In this document: one piece after another, positions 1 to 10,373 of the stretch | How the letters are laid out: each line of letters opens with the position of its first letter | Position numbering within the stretch: the stretch's first letter is position 1 | Assembly: GCA_903845195.1 (NCBI GenBank) | Contig: CAIMWO010000077.1 | Coordinates: 8,230-72,229, forward strand | From: an uncultured Phycisphaerales bacterium | GTDB lineage: Bacteria; Planctomycetota; Phycisphaerae; WQYP01 | DNA length: 64,000 nucleotides | Direction of reading: 5' to 3' | Translations under genes and position numbers: made by a program | Notes under the pieces: model-generated | Told to the model about the DNA's origin: nothing | The model's database searches: none | The model's input: the letters and a program-made list of their open reading frames with translations, nothing else

Positions 1-1068
1 CTGGCCGCCAATCTCAAGGATCCGGTCAATTTCTCCATCGGTCAGCCCGATTTCGACGTCCCTGAACGGCTCAAAGAAAAGGCCATCGAAGCCATTCACG
101 CCGGCAAAAATCGCTATACGCCCACCCAAGGCATTGCCGAGCTCATTGATCCCCTCCTGAAAAAGACCCTCGCCGATACCGCCTGGCCGGCTGAGGATAC
201 CTGCCTGCTCATCCTCTCCGGTACTTCCGCCGGCCTCGTGCTGGCCATGATGGCCACACTAAACCCCGGCGACGAAGTCCTCTTCCTCGACCCCTACTTC
301 GTCATGTACCACCACCTGCCCAAGCTTTGCGGCGCAGTGCCCGTCGCCGTGGATACCTATCCCGACTTCCGCCTCCATCCCGAACGCCTCGAAGCCGCCA
401 TCACTCCGCGCACCAAGCTCCTCATCCTCTGCTCCCCCAACAACCCGACCGGCATCACCCTCACCCAGGCCGAGCTGGATGCCGCTGCCGCCATCGCCAA
501 AAAACACAACCTCCTCGTCATTTCCGATGAAATCTACGATGCGTTCTGTTACCAACCTCATCTGTCCATCGCCAAGTCCCTCCCCGGCCAATGCTTGATG
601 CTCAAGGGTTACTCGAAAACCTACGGCATGACCGGTTGGCGCCTCGGCTACGTCGCTGGCCCCAAGGCCATCATCGATCAGATGACCAAACTCCAGCAGT
701 ACACATTTGTCTGCGCCCCCTCAATGGTGCAATACGCCGCCCTGGAAACCGTGCTCACGCACCATATCGACATGACCCCGTTCGTCCGCGCCTACCAGAA
801 AAAACGCGACCTCGTCGTCAACGGGCTCAAAGACAGCTTTGAAATCAACGCCCCCGGCGGCGCTTTCTACATCTTTCCCAAGGTCCCCGGCAACGGCAAA
901 ATCACCGCGACCACGTTCGCCCAACAAGCCATCGCCAACAACCTGCTAATCATCCCCGGGAATGTCTTCTCCTCGCGCGATACCCATTTCCGCATCAGCT
1001 ACGCCACTACCGACGACAAGCTTGCCCAAGGCATCGACATCCTCCGCAAACTCGCACGGGAAATCTGA
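1..1068 (+). CDS. PLP-dependent aminotransferase class I/II, 5'-truncated by the window edge
   Basis: Frame open from base 1 (LAANLKDPVNFSIGQPDF...); motifs SPNNPTG, ISDEIY, YSKTYGMTGWRLG. Confidence 0.9.
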   Translation: MAANLKDPVNFSIGQPDFDVPERLKEKAIEAIHAGKNRYTPTQGIAELIDPLLKKTLADTAWPAEDTCLLILSGTSAGLVLAMMATLNPGDEVLFLDPYFVMYHHLPKLCGAVPVAVDTYPDFRLHPERLEAAITPRTKLLILCSPNNPTGITLTQAELDAAAAIAKKHNLLVISDEIYDAFCYQPHLSIAKSLPGQCLMLKGYSKTYGMTGWRLGYVAGPKAIIDQMTKLQQYTFVCAPSMVQYAALETVLTHHIDMTPFVRAYQKKRDLVVNGLKDSFEINAPGGAFYIFPKVPGNGKITATTFAQQAIANNLLIIPGNVFSSRDTHFRISYATTDDKLAQGIDILRKLAREI

Positions 1069-1218
1069 TCGCCACCTCATTGCGACATTGATCGTTGACC
1101 GTTGATCGTTGCACGATTTTGGATTGATTTCATCGACCGCCGCCTTGTTCCATTTCCGCCCACAGACTAGAGTAACGACATCGCGCGTATCCGCGTCCTT
1201 TCTTTGCAAGGGCTACTC

Positions 1219-2820
1219 ATGGCCACTCAAGCACAGCAGCTCTTTCGAGCCATCGTGGTGCATAACAAGCTCATGAACGAGGCCGATCTCGACGCCCTCC
1301 TCGCCTCTTCTCCGGACCCCGAACAAGCCATCGGCGCCATGGTCGCACGCAAGATTATTTCCGCCGGCACGGGTTCCAAGCTCCTGGCGCTCTACAAGGG
1401 AAAACTCGACAAACTCGCCGCCCAACCCAAACCAGTGGAAACGCCCGCACCCGCCGCCGCGGCTCCCGCAGCCATTCCGCACCAGGCCGAACCCGAGGAT
1501 GACGAGCCGCATGAAGACACCGTTTTCGCACGTGCCGCGCGAGCCGCTGCAGCAGCACAGGCGCAACCCGCCGCCGAGAGCGAACCCGCTGAATCCTACG
1601 CCGATGCCGATGAAGAGGCCGCCCCCACCCTCACCCACGGGGGAATCCAGGAAACCATCTACAAACCCTCGGAAAATGCCATTCCCCTCGAAGGCTCCGA
1701 GGAAGCCGAGGTCGACGTCTTCGTCGACGGACGGCTGAACGTCAACCTCGCCGGCCGCCATCTCCTCCATGCCCTTCTCAAAATGGCCCGCGAAGCCGGC
1801 GCGTCCGACCTCCACATCAAGAGCGGCGCCAAACCCATCGTCCGCAAGGCTTCGGCACTCCATGACCTCGACGTCGATGTCATGACCCCCGCTGCGGTCG
1901 AGGCCACCCTCAAATCGTGCCTCACCGAAACTCAACGCCGAACCTACGAAAAAACCAATGACCTCGACTTCTGCTACGACGCCGGCCCCCTCGGCCGCTT
2001 CCGCACCAGCTACCTCCACCAACTCCGTGGCATGGACGGCATCTTCCGCATCATCCCCTCCCGCGTCCAAAGCTTCGAAGAACTCAGACTACCCGAGGCC
2101 ATCAAACGCTTCTGCGACTTCCGCCAAGGCATCATCCTCATCACCGGTCCCAAGGCCAGCGGAAAAACGACCACCATGGCTGCCTTCATCGATCTCATCA
2201 ACTCCACCCGCGCCGAACACATCATCACTGTCGAAGACCCCATCGAATTCGTCCATCCCTGCAAAAAAGCCCACGTCAATCAACGCGAAGTCGGCGCTCA
2301 CACCGAATCCTTCAGTAACGCCCTCCGCGCCGCTCTCCGCGAAGCCCCTGACGTCATCATGGTCGGCGAAATGCGCGACCTCGAAACCACCAGCCTCGCC
2401 ATCACTGCCGCTGAAACCGGACACCTCGTCTTCGCCACCCTCCACACCCCTGATGCCGTCCGCACCATCGGACGCGTCCTCGACGTCTTCCCTCCTGAAG
2501 AACAAAGCCAGATCCGCGCCATGTTCTCCGAATCGCTCCGCGGCATCGTCAGCCAGCTCCTCATCCCCAGCCCCGACGGCACCCACATGGAACTGGCTAC
2601 CGAAATCATGTTCAACACCCCCGCCATCGGAAACATCATCCGCGAAAACCGCACCTACCAGCTTCGTGCATCCATCCAGACCGGCAAAAAACTCGGCATG
2701 CTGCTCCTCGATGAAAGCCTCATCAACCTCGTCAAGGAAAAACGCATCTCCAAGGCCGAAGCCCTCACCCGCTCCGACAACCCAACCTGGGTCGAAAAAG
2801 AACTCACGGGCCTCACTTGA
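1219..2820 (+). CDS. pilT: PilT/PilU-family type IV pilus ATPase with ~180-aa N-terminal extension
   Basis: ASDLHI, Walker A GPKASGKTT, TVEDPIE, LREAPDVIMVGEMRDLET, GHLVFATLHT. Confidence 0.88.
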   Translation: MATQAQQLFRAIVVHNKLMNEADLDALLASSPDPEQAIGAMVARKIISAGTGSKLLALYKGKLDKLAAQPKPVETPAPAAAAPAAIPHQAEPEDDEPHEDTVFARAARAAAAAQAQPAAESEPAESYADADEEAAPTLTHGGIQETIYKPSENAIPLEGSEEAEVDVFVDGRLNVNLAGRHLLHALLKMAREAGASDLHIKSGAKPIVRKASALHDLDVDVMTPAAVEATLKSCLTETQRRTYEKTNDLDFCYDAGPLGRFRTSYLHQLRGMDGIFRIIPSRVQSFEELRLPEAIKRFCDFRQGIILITGPKASGKTTTMAAFIDLINSTRAEHIITVEDPIEFVHPCKKAHVNQREVGAHTESFSNALRAALREAPDVIMVGEMRDLETTSLAITAAETGHLVFATLHTPDAVRTIGRVLDVFPPEEQSQIRAMFSESLRGIVSQLLIPSPDGTHMELATEIMFNTPAIGNIIRENRTYQLRASIQTGKKLGMLLLDESLINLVKEKRISKAEALTRSDNPTWVEKELTGLT

Positions 2821-2883
2821 TGGCAAAGCTTTCGTCCGTCGTAATGCGTCATCCCAAAAGGGTCCTCTTAATTCGGTAACGCC

Positions 2884-3954
2884 ATGGCCAAAATCGATCG
2901 TCTACTACTCCGCATGCCCGAAGCCAAGGCCTCCGACCTGCACATCGCCGTCGGACAGCGCCCCAAGTACCGCATCCACGGCGAAGTCATTGTCATCAAT
3001 GAACACGCCGTCATGGACAAGGCCATGAGCGAAGAATACCTCTTCGAAATCATGTCTTCCGACCAACGCCACAAATACCTCGAACACCTTGATCTGGACT
3101 TCTCCTATTCCATTCCCGGCAAAGGCCGCTACCGCTGCAATTACTTCACCCAGCGCAACGGCTACGGCGCCGTCTTCCGCCTCATCCCCAGCAAAATCTC
3201 CACCCTCGAGGAACTCAAACTCCCCGTCGTCCTCAAAAGCCTTTGTGAACTTCGCAGCGGCATGGTTCTCGTCACCGGCCCCACCGGCTCCGGCAAGTCC
3301 ACCACCCTCGCCGCCATGGTCAACTACATCAATCGCAACCAGCACCGCCATATCCTCACCATCGAAGACCCTGTCGAATTCGTCCACCAAAACGACAAGA
3401 GCGTCATTACTCACCGCGAGGTCGGTACTCACACCGAAAGCTTCACCTCTGCCCTCCGCGCCGCCACACGCCAGGATGCCGACGTTGTACTCGTCGGCGA
3501 CATGCGCGATATCGAAACCATCGGCCTGGCACTCTCTGCCGCCGCCATGGGCATGCTCGTCTACGGAACCCTCCACACCAATTCCGCCCCCAAAACCATC
3601 GACCGCGTCATCGACGCCTTCCCCTCCAAACAGCAGGCGCAGGTCCGCACCATGCTCGCCGAATCCCTCAAGGGCATCGTCGCCCAGCAACTCCTCCGTA
3701 TCAAGGGTCACAACGGCCGCGTCGCCGCCAACGAAATCCTCCTCGGATCATCCGCCGTCAGCAATATCATCCGCGAAGGCAAAATGGAGACCCTCATCAA
3801 CGTCATCCAAAGCGGCCGCAAAGACGGCATGGTCGCCATGGATGACGCCCTCGAAGCTCTCCTCAAGTCAGGCACAGTCGACGCCGAAGACGCCTACATG
3901 AAAGCCATCGAAAAGAAACGCTTCCAGCCCTACCTGGAAGAAGCAACGACATGA
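2884..3954 (+). CDS. pilT: PilT-family twitching motility ATPase
   Basis: ASDLHI, GPTGSGKSTT, TIEDPVE, GTLHTNSA; Walker B region reads VGDMRD. Confidence 0.9.
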   Translation: MAKIDRLLLRMPEAKASDLHIAVGQRPKYRIHGEVIVINEHAVMDKAMSEEYLFEIMSSDQRHKYLEHLDLDFSYSIPGKGRYRCNYFTQRNGYGAVFRLIPSKISTLEELKLPVVLKSLCELRSGMVLVTGPTGSGKSTTLAAMVNYINRNQHRHILTIEDPVEFVHQNDKSVITHREVGTHTESFTSALRAATRQDADVVLVGDMRDIETIGLALSAAAMGMLVYGTLHTNSAPKTIDRVIDAFPSKQQAQVRTMLAESLKGIVAQQLLRIKGHNGRVAANEILLGSSAVSNIIREGKMETLINVIQSGRKDGMVAMDDALEALLKSGTVDAEDAYMKAIEKKRFQPYLEEATT

Positions 3955-3973
3955 GTGGCGCCGCCCTACCCCG

Positions 3974-5512
3974 TCACACAATCTTCTCCATCCACTTCCC
4001 CCGCGCAAACACGATCCCCGTAAACACCGCCCGGTAATTCAGATCCACAAAAATCGCGATCCACACTGCCACCAATCCCCACGCCGCATGACCAAGATGC
4101 GCAAACAACGCCGCCGTCGACAACACCAGCACCAGCCGTATCACCATCCCGCTGATCGTCGACATCATCGGCGCCACCGTTTCCCCCGCACCACGCAACG
4201 CCGATGACATCGCGATCGCAATCGCAAACCCCGGCTGTGCCAGACCCGCAAGCACCAGCGGCCACAATCCCGTCGCCACCACCGCGTCCGAATCCACCAT
4301 CAATCGCAACATCACCCACGGCACGAAAACCATCGGTAGCGCCGCCACCGTCATCGTGGTCACCGCCAGCCGCCGACACAACAACGCCGCATGCCGCGCC
4401 TCCCCCGGCTTCTTCGCCCCCAGATACTGCCCGACCAGTGCTGAACAGGCCATGCCAAATCCAAACCCCGGCAAAAATGCCAGTGACTCCACACGCAGCA
4501 CCGCGTTATGCGCCGCCATCGTTACTCCGTCCACACCCCGCGCTTTATCCGTCGGATTGATCACCAGCACCACGATCAACGCCTGCCCGCCCCACAGCAG
4601 CATCCCTTCCAGCCACGACGGCATCCCGATCCGCAGCACTCGCACCAGCACGTGCGGCACCAGCCGGAAATGCCGCCGCCGCAGACGCAACCCCGCACTC
4701 CCCGAGATCAATAGCGCCACCGTCGCCAACCCTGCGAGCGCAAACGCCAGCAACGTCCCGATCGCATTACCCCTCACCCCCATCGCCGGCAACCCAAACC
4801 ATCCGAATGCCAGCGCCGGCGACGCCAACCCGTTCACCACCGTGATCGCCGCCGTCACCAACATCGGCCGCATCGTGTCGCCCGCGCCGCGCAAACACGC
4901 CATCCCGATCTGCCCCAGCGTTTGGAAACAAATCGTCACACTCATGATCCGCAGATACTGTGCGCCATACACCGACGCCTGCTCCCGCAACCCAAACCCG
5001 TACACCACCTGCTCGGCAAACACATAGAAAATGGCCGCCACCACCAGTCCCACCAGAAACGACGCCGTGCACACCGTTCCCGCCACCCGCGTCGCTACCC
5101 GCGGCCGATGCGCTCCGATCGACCGCGCAATAATCGCCGTCGCACCCACTCCCAGCGCCGCCGTCATCAATCCCGCAAACCACTGCAGATACGTCATCGT
5201 CCCCACCGCCGCTGCAGCCGCCGCGCGCAACTCCTCCGTCGCGCCCGTATGACCCGCCACCACCGTATCCGTAATCCCAATCCCCGCCGACAGCATCTGA
5301 TCCACCAGCGTCGGCATCGCCAGCGCCAGGATCAACTTCACGCTCGGCGACCGATCCGCCCACGTCTTCCCCCGCCGCGCATAATCCAGTACCCGCCCCG
5401 CCTGCGCCACCGCCTCCCCATCCAACGTCGGCTCCAACCCCGCACCCTCCGCCGCCACCTCCTGCGGCACACTCCCCACCCCATCCTTCCTTGGCGGTAA
5501 CGACGAAGACAA
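3974..5512 (-). CDS. MATE-family efflux transporter
   Basis: About 12 hydrophobic helices, LRGAGDT and LRGAGET repeats, GQYLGA, GVRGNAIGT. Confidence 0.88.
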   Translation of the reverse strand: MSSSLPPRKDGVGSVPQEVAAEGAGLEPTLDGEAVAQAGRVLDYARRGKTWADRSPSVKLILALAMPTLVDQMLSAGIGITDTVVAGHTGATEELRAAAAAAVGTMTYLQWFAGLMTAALGVGATAIIARSIGAHRPRVATRVAGTVCTASFLVGLVVAAIFYVFAEQVVYGFGLREQASVYGAQYLRIMSVTICFQTLGQIGMACLRGAGDTMRPMLVTAAITVVNGLASPALAFGWFGLPAMGVRGNAIGTLLAFALAGLATVALLISGSAGLRLRRRHFRLVPHVLVRVLRIGMPSWLEGMLLWGGQALIVVLVINPTDKARGVDGVTMAAHNAVLRVESLAFLPGFGFGMACSALVGQYLGAKKPGEARHAALLCRRLAVTTMTVAALPMVFVPWVMLRLMVDSDAVVATGLWPLVLAGLAQPGFAIAIAMSSALRGAGETVAPMMSTISGMVIRLVLVLSTAALFAHLGHAAWGLVAVWIAIFVDLNYRAVFTGIVFARGKWMEKIV

Positions 5513-5536
5513 GACTCACTTCCTCTTCCAGAAAAC

Positions 5537-5582
5537 GTGGTGCGGGCATCTTGCCCGCAGTCCCGCGGGCGTCCCGCCCGCG
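5537..5582. repeat. REP-like palindrome doublet
   Basis: GTGG followed by TGCGGGCATCTTGCCCGCA, then CGCGGGCGTCCCGCCCGCG: two related GC-rich hairpins in an intergenic gap. Confidence 0.55.
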
Positions 5583-5656
5583 CCCGCGTTCAATAGTGCA
5601 ACGACCGGCCCCACATAATACTCCAAATTCCCCCCAACGCCCGCTACAATGCCCCC

Positions 5657-7033
5657 ATGAAACCCCACCGCCTGCTCTTCTCCATCCTCCTCCTCACCTT
5701 CTGGATCACTGCCACCTGGCTCTACGCCACCAGTTGGCTCTGGCCCCAATGCTTCGCCGCCTGGAAACTCGACAACTCCTACATGCTCGCCACGCACCAC
5801 GGCAGTCTCGTCTGCCTGTTTGAATTCGATACTCAAGACGATTCACCTTCGCCCCTCATGTGGACCTTCCGCCACTTCTCCGGCAATGGCATTCCCAAGC
5901 TCCTGCCATCCACGGGATGGGTTCTCATCGTATACCCCGGTGATCCGGACCCGATCAGTGCTAAACGACGGCAGCTCGATCCGCTCTTTTCACCGTGCCC
6001 CTCCGAAATTCGATTTGACTTTCTCGGGCTCCGCATCGACACAGCCAAAATGCTGGATGGCCTATTCACTCCCAGTTCTCCACCCTCTTCAACGGCCCCG
6101 TGGATCAGATTCCAGTTTATGCGCGTCATCGTTCCCCTATGGCTCCTCTGGATTCCTCTCTCCCTCCTGACTTTTTTCGTCACTCGGGCGACGGCCAGAC
6201 GCCTCCGCCGGCAAAGGCTCGGCCTCTGCATGAACTGCGGCTATGACCTGCGTGCCTCGACCGATCGCTGCCCCGAATGCGGCGAGCCTGTCCTTATCAA
6301 GAACCTCTCCACCGCCCCGCTTCGCAATATCCCCAGCCAAATTTTCACCGGCTGCAAGTCACATCTCCTGCTGACGGGTACTTCTATCTGCCTGCTCGCC
6401 ATCATCATCGCGTTTTGCTGGTTCACGGCCCCACCGCGTATCCTCTATGTTCACTCCGCCGAACGTGCCCCAACGCATCCAAGACTTAGCGAAGTGCTCA
6501 AAGGCGTCGAGGCGGACCATCAATCCTTGGAGAAAGTCCTTAACTTCCTTTCGGATAAAACTGGCGTCAACATCATCACCGACTGGCCAAGCCTTGAATC
6601 TGTCGGGATTGACCGAAATATTCCAATCAGTCTCCACCTGACGAGTGTTTCCCTGAATTCAGTCCTGAAAGAAATCCGGCATTATGAACCCTCAATAGAC
6701 TTCTTCGTCGATGATGCAGGAATCGTTCATATCGGCACAAGGGAGCAGATCGCCAGCGAATCCAGTGTGACTCGCGTCTATGACGTTCGCGATTTCTATG
6801 AACTAAGAAATCACAATCCGCTCCTTCCGCGTTCCGGTCATTGGAATGATCACTTCTCCCGCATCATCACTGAAACCGTTGCACCTGAATCATGGCGAGT
6901 CAACGGTGGCCCATGCTCTATTCAAGAGCATGGCTGCACACTCATCATCACCGCCCCCCGCGAAAACCAGGAAAAAATCGCCGACTTCCTCGACCAACTC
7001 CGCCGCCACATCAACCCCTCATCCACGCCCTGA
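5657..7033 (+). CDS. Membrane protein with Zn-ribbon motif and C-terminal STN/secretin-N-like domain
   Basis: TM segments; CMNCGYDLRASTDRCPECG; C-terminal LEKVLNFLSDKTGVNII...TRVYDVRD...ITETVAPESW...QEKIADFLDQLR. Confidence 0.6.
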   Translation: MKPHRLLFSILLLTFWITATWLYATSWLWPQCFAAWKLDNSYMLATHHGSLVCLFEFDTQDDSPSPLMWTFRHFSGNGIPKLLPSTGWVLIVYPGDPDPISAKRRQLDPLFSPCPSEIRFDFLGLRIDTAKMLDGLFTPSSPPSSTAPWIRFQFMRVIVPLWLLWIPLSLLTFFVTRATARRLRRQRLGLCMNCGYDLRASTDRCPECGEPVLIKNLSTAPLRNIPSQIFTGCKSHLLLTGTSICLLAIIIAFCWFTAPPRILYVHSAERAPTHPRLSEVLKGVEADHQSLEKVLNFLSDKTGVNIITDWPSLESVGIDRNIPISLHLTSVSLNSVLKEIRHYEPSIDFFVDDAGIVHIGTREQIASESSVTRVYDVRDFYELRNHNPLLPRSGHWNDHFSRIITETVAPESWRVNGGPCSIQEHGCTLIITAPRENQEKIADFLDQLRRHINPSSTP

Positions 7034-8098
7034 CCTCCACAACGGCCGCAAATAATACCCCCACAATGCCACCACCTCCCGCGCCATATACCGCGGCAGC
7101 ATCATCAGCGGATACGTCTCCTCCGCCGGCACCGTGAACACCACCATCTTCCCCGCCCGCTCATAAGTCATTTTCACCCGCGGCAAATGATAAAAGTGAC
7201 TCACCGCCAGCACCCGTTGCGCCCCCATCTTCTCCAGCATCGGCACCGTATTTTTCACCGTCGCATCCGTGTTCAGCCCCTCCTTGTCCATCAAAATCGC
7301 ATCCCCCGGCACGCCCAACTCCATCGCCATCCGCCGCATCGCCTCCGTCTCATGCACCGCCCCGTCTCCCGGCCCGCCCGACATGATCATCACCCGCGCC
7401 AGTCCCGCGTTATACAACCCGCACGCCGTCCGCACCCGATCCGCCAGCGCCTGCGACGGTCGCCCATCCGCATACGTCCGCGCCCCGAACACCACGATGG
7501 CATCCGCCGGCCTCCGGTAATCCGTCTTTCCATAGCAATACATCTGCGCCACCGGAAAGCCCACCATGCACACGGCAAAACTCAGCATCGCAACAAACCG
7601 GCCCCCACCTCCCAGCCGTCGCGCCTCCTTCTGAGCACTCGCCGCGAGCAATACCGCCAGCGCCGCGCAAATCACCGCCGACAGCGGCACCACCACCCCC
7701 GGCCGAATCTCTCCCCGCCACACCAACACCCAAAATACCACCGCATTGAAAAACGTTGCCCCAACCAGCCCCCAGAGCACCATCCGCGTCACGACCCGCT
7801 CTGCGGCGGTCCGCAGCGGCCGCACCGCAAACATCACCAGCACCACCCCCGCCACAGCCAGCACTCCATCCGCCAACCCCGCCGGCAGCACGCGCAAATC
7901 GATCCACCACTCATTGGCATCAAAGCCCGACGCCCTCAACTCCCCCACCAGATTGAGCAACGTAAATCCCCCCAAAAACATCGCCATCCCCCGCACCATC
8001 CCGAAGAACCAACTCCCCCACTTCACCGCACAACTCTTATCACGGTCATCCATCGCCAACCTCGCCCCGTCGCAAACCATCATCACCCTATCGACCAC
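7019..8098 (-). CDS. YdcF/SanA (DUF218) family membrane protein
   Basis: DAIVVFGA, IMSGG, ETEAMR, GLNTDAT, VSHFYHLPR. Confidence 0.85.
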   Translation of the reverse strand: MVDRVMMVCDGARLAMDDRDKSCAVKWGSWFFGMVRGMAMFLGGFTLLNLVGELRASGFDANEWWIDLRVLPAGLADGVLAVAGVVLVMFAVRPLRTAAERVVTRMVLWGLVGATFFNAVVFWVLVWRGEIRPGVVVPLSAVICAALAVLLAASAQKEARRLGGGGRFVAMLSFAVCMVGFPVAQMYCYGKTDYRRPADAIVVFGARTYADGRPSQALADRVRTACGLYNAGLARVMIMSGGPGDGAVHETEAMRRMAMELGVPGDAILMDKEGLNTDATVKNTVPMLEKMGAQRVLAVSHFYHLPRVKMTYERAGKMVVFTVPAEETYPLMMLPRYMAREVVALWGYYLRPLWRSGRG

Positions 8099-8208
8099 CG
8101 CCCCGTTTTATGTCTTATGTTTTATGTTTCATGTTTCTTCCCACCCGCAACTGACCACTGACCTCTACCCTTGAATCCCCCGCGCCCATCTCCGACAATA
8201 CCCCGACC

Positions 8209-9318
8209 TTGCAGGAGACCAGACCAGTGAATTCCCCACGCTTCCTCCCACCTCGTCTGATCCCCCTCCTCGCGCTCGTCCTCCTCGCCGCCGCCTGTTT
8301 CCCCATCACTGCCTCCTCCGCCGACTCCGCCAAATCTCCTCCCAAATCCCCCGCTCCCATCGCCGCCTCTCGGTCCGACCAGGTCCGCGGCTTCTGCATC
8401 CAACTCTCCGACCCCAACGGCACCGATCGCTATCTCAAAGCCATCGACGAACTCGCCGAAATGGGCTGCACCTGGATCAACTTCGTCATCGCCGCCCGCC
8501 AGCACGATGTGAAATCCGAATCCATCGCCATCATCTGGCAAAACATCCCCAGCCTCCGCGAACTCGAACGCATCCTCAAACACGCCAAGGCCAAAGGCAT
8601 CGACACCATGCTCATGCCCATCGTCCTCCTCGACAAGGCCGGTCCCAAAGAATGGCGCGGCGTCATCGCTCCTGCCGATTGGCATACCTGGTTCGACTCC
8701 TACAATACCTACATCACCTACATGGCCGCACTCGCCAAACGCTGCGATGTCGACATCTTCTGCGTCGGTTCTGAGCTTCTCTCCACCGAACCGTTCCGCG
8801 AACGATGGATCGAAACCATCGCCGGCATCAAAGCTGTCTATCCCGGAAAACTCACCTACTCCGCCAACTGGGATCACTACAACACCGACCAGGGCGGCCC
8901 CACTTTCTGGGACCAGCTCGATTACATCTCCATGAACTGCTACCACGAGCTCGCCAAAAAACCCGGCGCCACCGTCCCCCAGCTCAACAAGGCCTGGCAC
9001 CCCATCAAGGACAAACTCCTCGCCTTCGTCGAAAAACAAAAGAAGCCCTTCTTCTTCTCTGAGGTCGGCTGGCATAACCTCCACAACACCATCTCCGAAC
9101 CTTGGAACTACGTCGCCACCGGCGACATCGACAGCGCCGAACAACTCCACGCCTATCAAAGCTTCGTCGAAACCTGGGGCACTGTTCCCGCCAACAAATG
9201 CCTCGGCGCTTTCATCTGGGAATGGAAGCCCGGCACCAAGCCCGACGATCACGGCGCCTACTCTCTCCAAGGCGCCCCCGCACTCGAAGTCGTCCAAAAA
9301 TGGCTGCAAAATAAGTGA
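8209..9318 (+). CDS. Secreted glycoside hydrolase, GH113-like
   Basis: Signal peptide; WRGVIAP, FCVGSEL, GKLTYSANWD, FFSEVGW, GAFIWEW. Confidence 0.75.
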   Translation: MQETRPVNSPRFLPPRLIPLLALVLLAAACFPITASSADSAKSPPKSPAPIAASRSDQVRGFCIQLSDPNGTDRYLKAIDELAEMGCTWINFVIAARQHDVKSESIAIIWQNIPSLRELERILKHAKAKGIDTMLMPIVLLDKAGPKEWRGVIAPADWHTWFDSYNTYITYMAALAKRCDVDIFCVGSELLSTEPFRERWIETIAGIKAVYPGKLTYSANWDHYNTDQGGPTFWDQLDYISMNCYHELAKKPGATVPQLNKAWHPIKDKLLAFVEKQKKPFFFSEVGWHNLHNTISEPWNYVATGDIDSAEQLHAYQSFVETWGTVPANKCLGAFIWEWKPGTKPDDHGAYSLQGAPALEVVQKWLQNK

Positions 9319-9410
9319 CGATGTTTTGAGGCAGTCACTCCGACACCTCGTCAGTGTTTCTTCTTTCTTCCTGTTTTTGCGTCTTTCTTCTCAAAAATAC
9401 GCCCCTTCCC

Positions 9411-9438
9411 TTGACATTCACGCATTACACGTTAATAT
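9411..9438 (+). promoter_or_regulatory. Sigma70-like promoter upstream of tmRNA
   Basis: TTGACA-16 nt-TAATAT. Confidence 0.6.
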
Positions 9439-9583
9439 CCATACATCAGACGAAGGAACGGCGGGGCTGGCGGATAGAATCCTCCGACAAGAAGACAAAG
9501 CCGAAACGTGCCAACTAACCTTACTCTTCCGTCTACGCAAATTCGCAGATAATCTGCAATGTTGCTTTGCTCTTTGACAATTT

Positions 9584-9958
9584 GGGGGCGCCAGGTATCG
9601 ACCGGACAGTAGTGATAAAAGTGGCGTGCCGACCTGTCATTCAAGTCGTAAAACTGAGTGGCAAAAACTAAATGCTGAGAACTACAAGTTCCCAGTCGGG
9701 GGCGAAAGCCTCCGTCTCGCAGCCTAATTAAATAGGCAGCCGGGTCACCCATGTTGTCTGCGACGTGGAATGAACCGTTACAAAGCAGACCGCTCCAGTC
9801 TCAACGTTTCTCGGAGATTGGCTAAGACTCAGGAGGAGCTGGTGACGATGACAGTTAGACCGCGAGCGGTCATCGCCACGACAACAACATGCGGCCTACG
9901 CACGTAGAGGCAATTATCAACCTGCCTCGGGACGAGGGTTCGACTCCCTCCGCCTCCA
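9584..9958 (+). ncRNA. ssrA: tmRNA; tag ORF 9674-9727 encodes AENYKFPVGGESLRLAA*
   Basis: 5' GGGGGCG..TATCGAC pairs with 3' GGTTCGACTCCCTCCGCCTCCA (T-arm plus Ala-type acceptor stem with G-U); internal ORF ends LAA-stop; ~375 nt. Confidence 0.93.
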
Positions 9959-10373
9959 TAACCTTTTCTCGCTCGCCTTAAAACGAGCGCGAAAGAAAAA
10001 AAGTAAATACGTTGAATTGTTAAAAACCCGGTTTGCCTTCGGGCAGCCGGTCACGATTCCCCCCCCCCCATAGGGCGAGAGCTCCCTCCCAGGGCCTCTC
10101 GCCCTTACTATTTTTGCCTTTCTACCACCCCAACGAAATTCCACGGCCCATTCCCCACCAACTCCTCGCCCTCCCGCCATCCCCACGTCGAGGTTCTACA
10201 TCTTCCCCACCAAAAGGCCCTTCGACTCAGTCGACAAGGCCGCTTCTCCCATTCCCCCATCTCCCATTTATCTGGCATAGCTCCCTTGCCCATCCATCGT
10301 TTCACTTGTGAAAATCGCTGATTCAGGCCGATACTAAAGGAATGCCTTCTTCTTGCGGAACGGAGTCCGAAAC

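Noticed and set aside
9958..10370. Prophage or island integrated at tmRNA
   Set aside because: No integrase and no repeat of the ssrA 3' end; only hairpins and a poly-C run.
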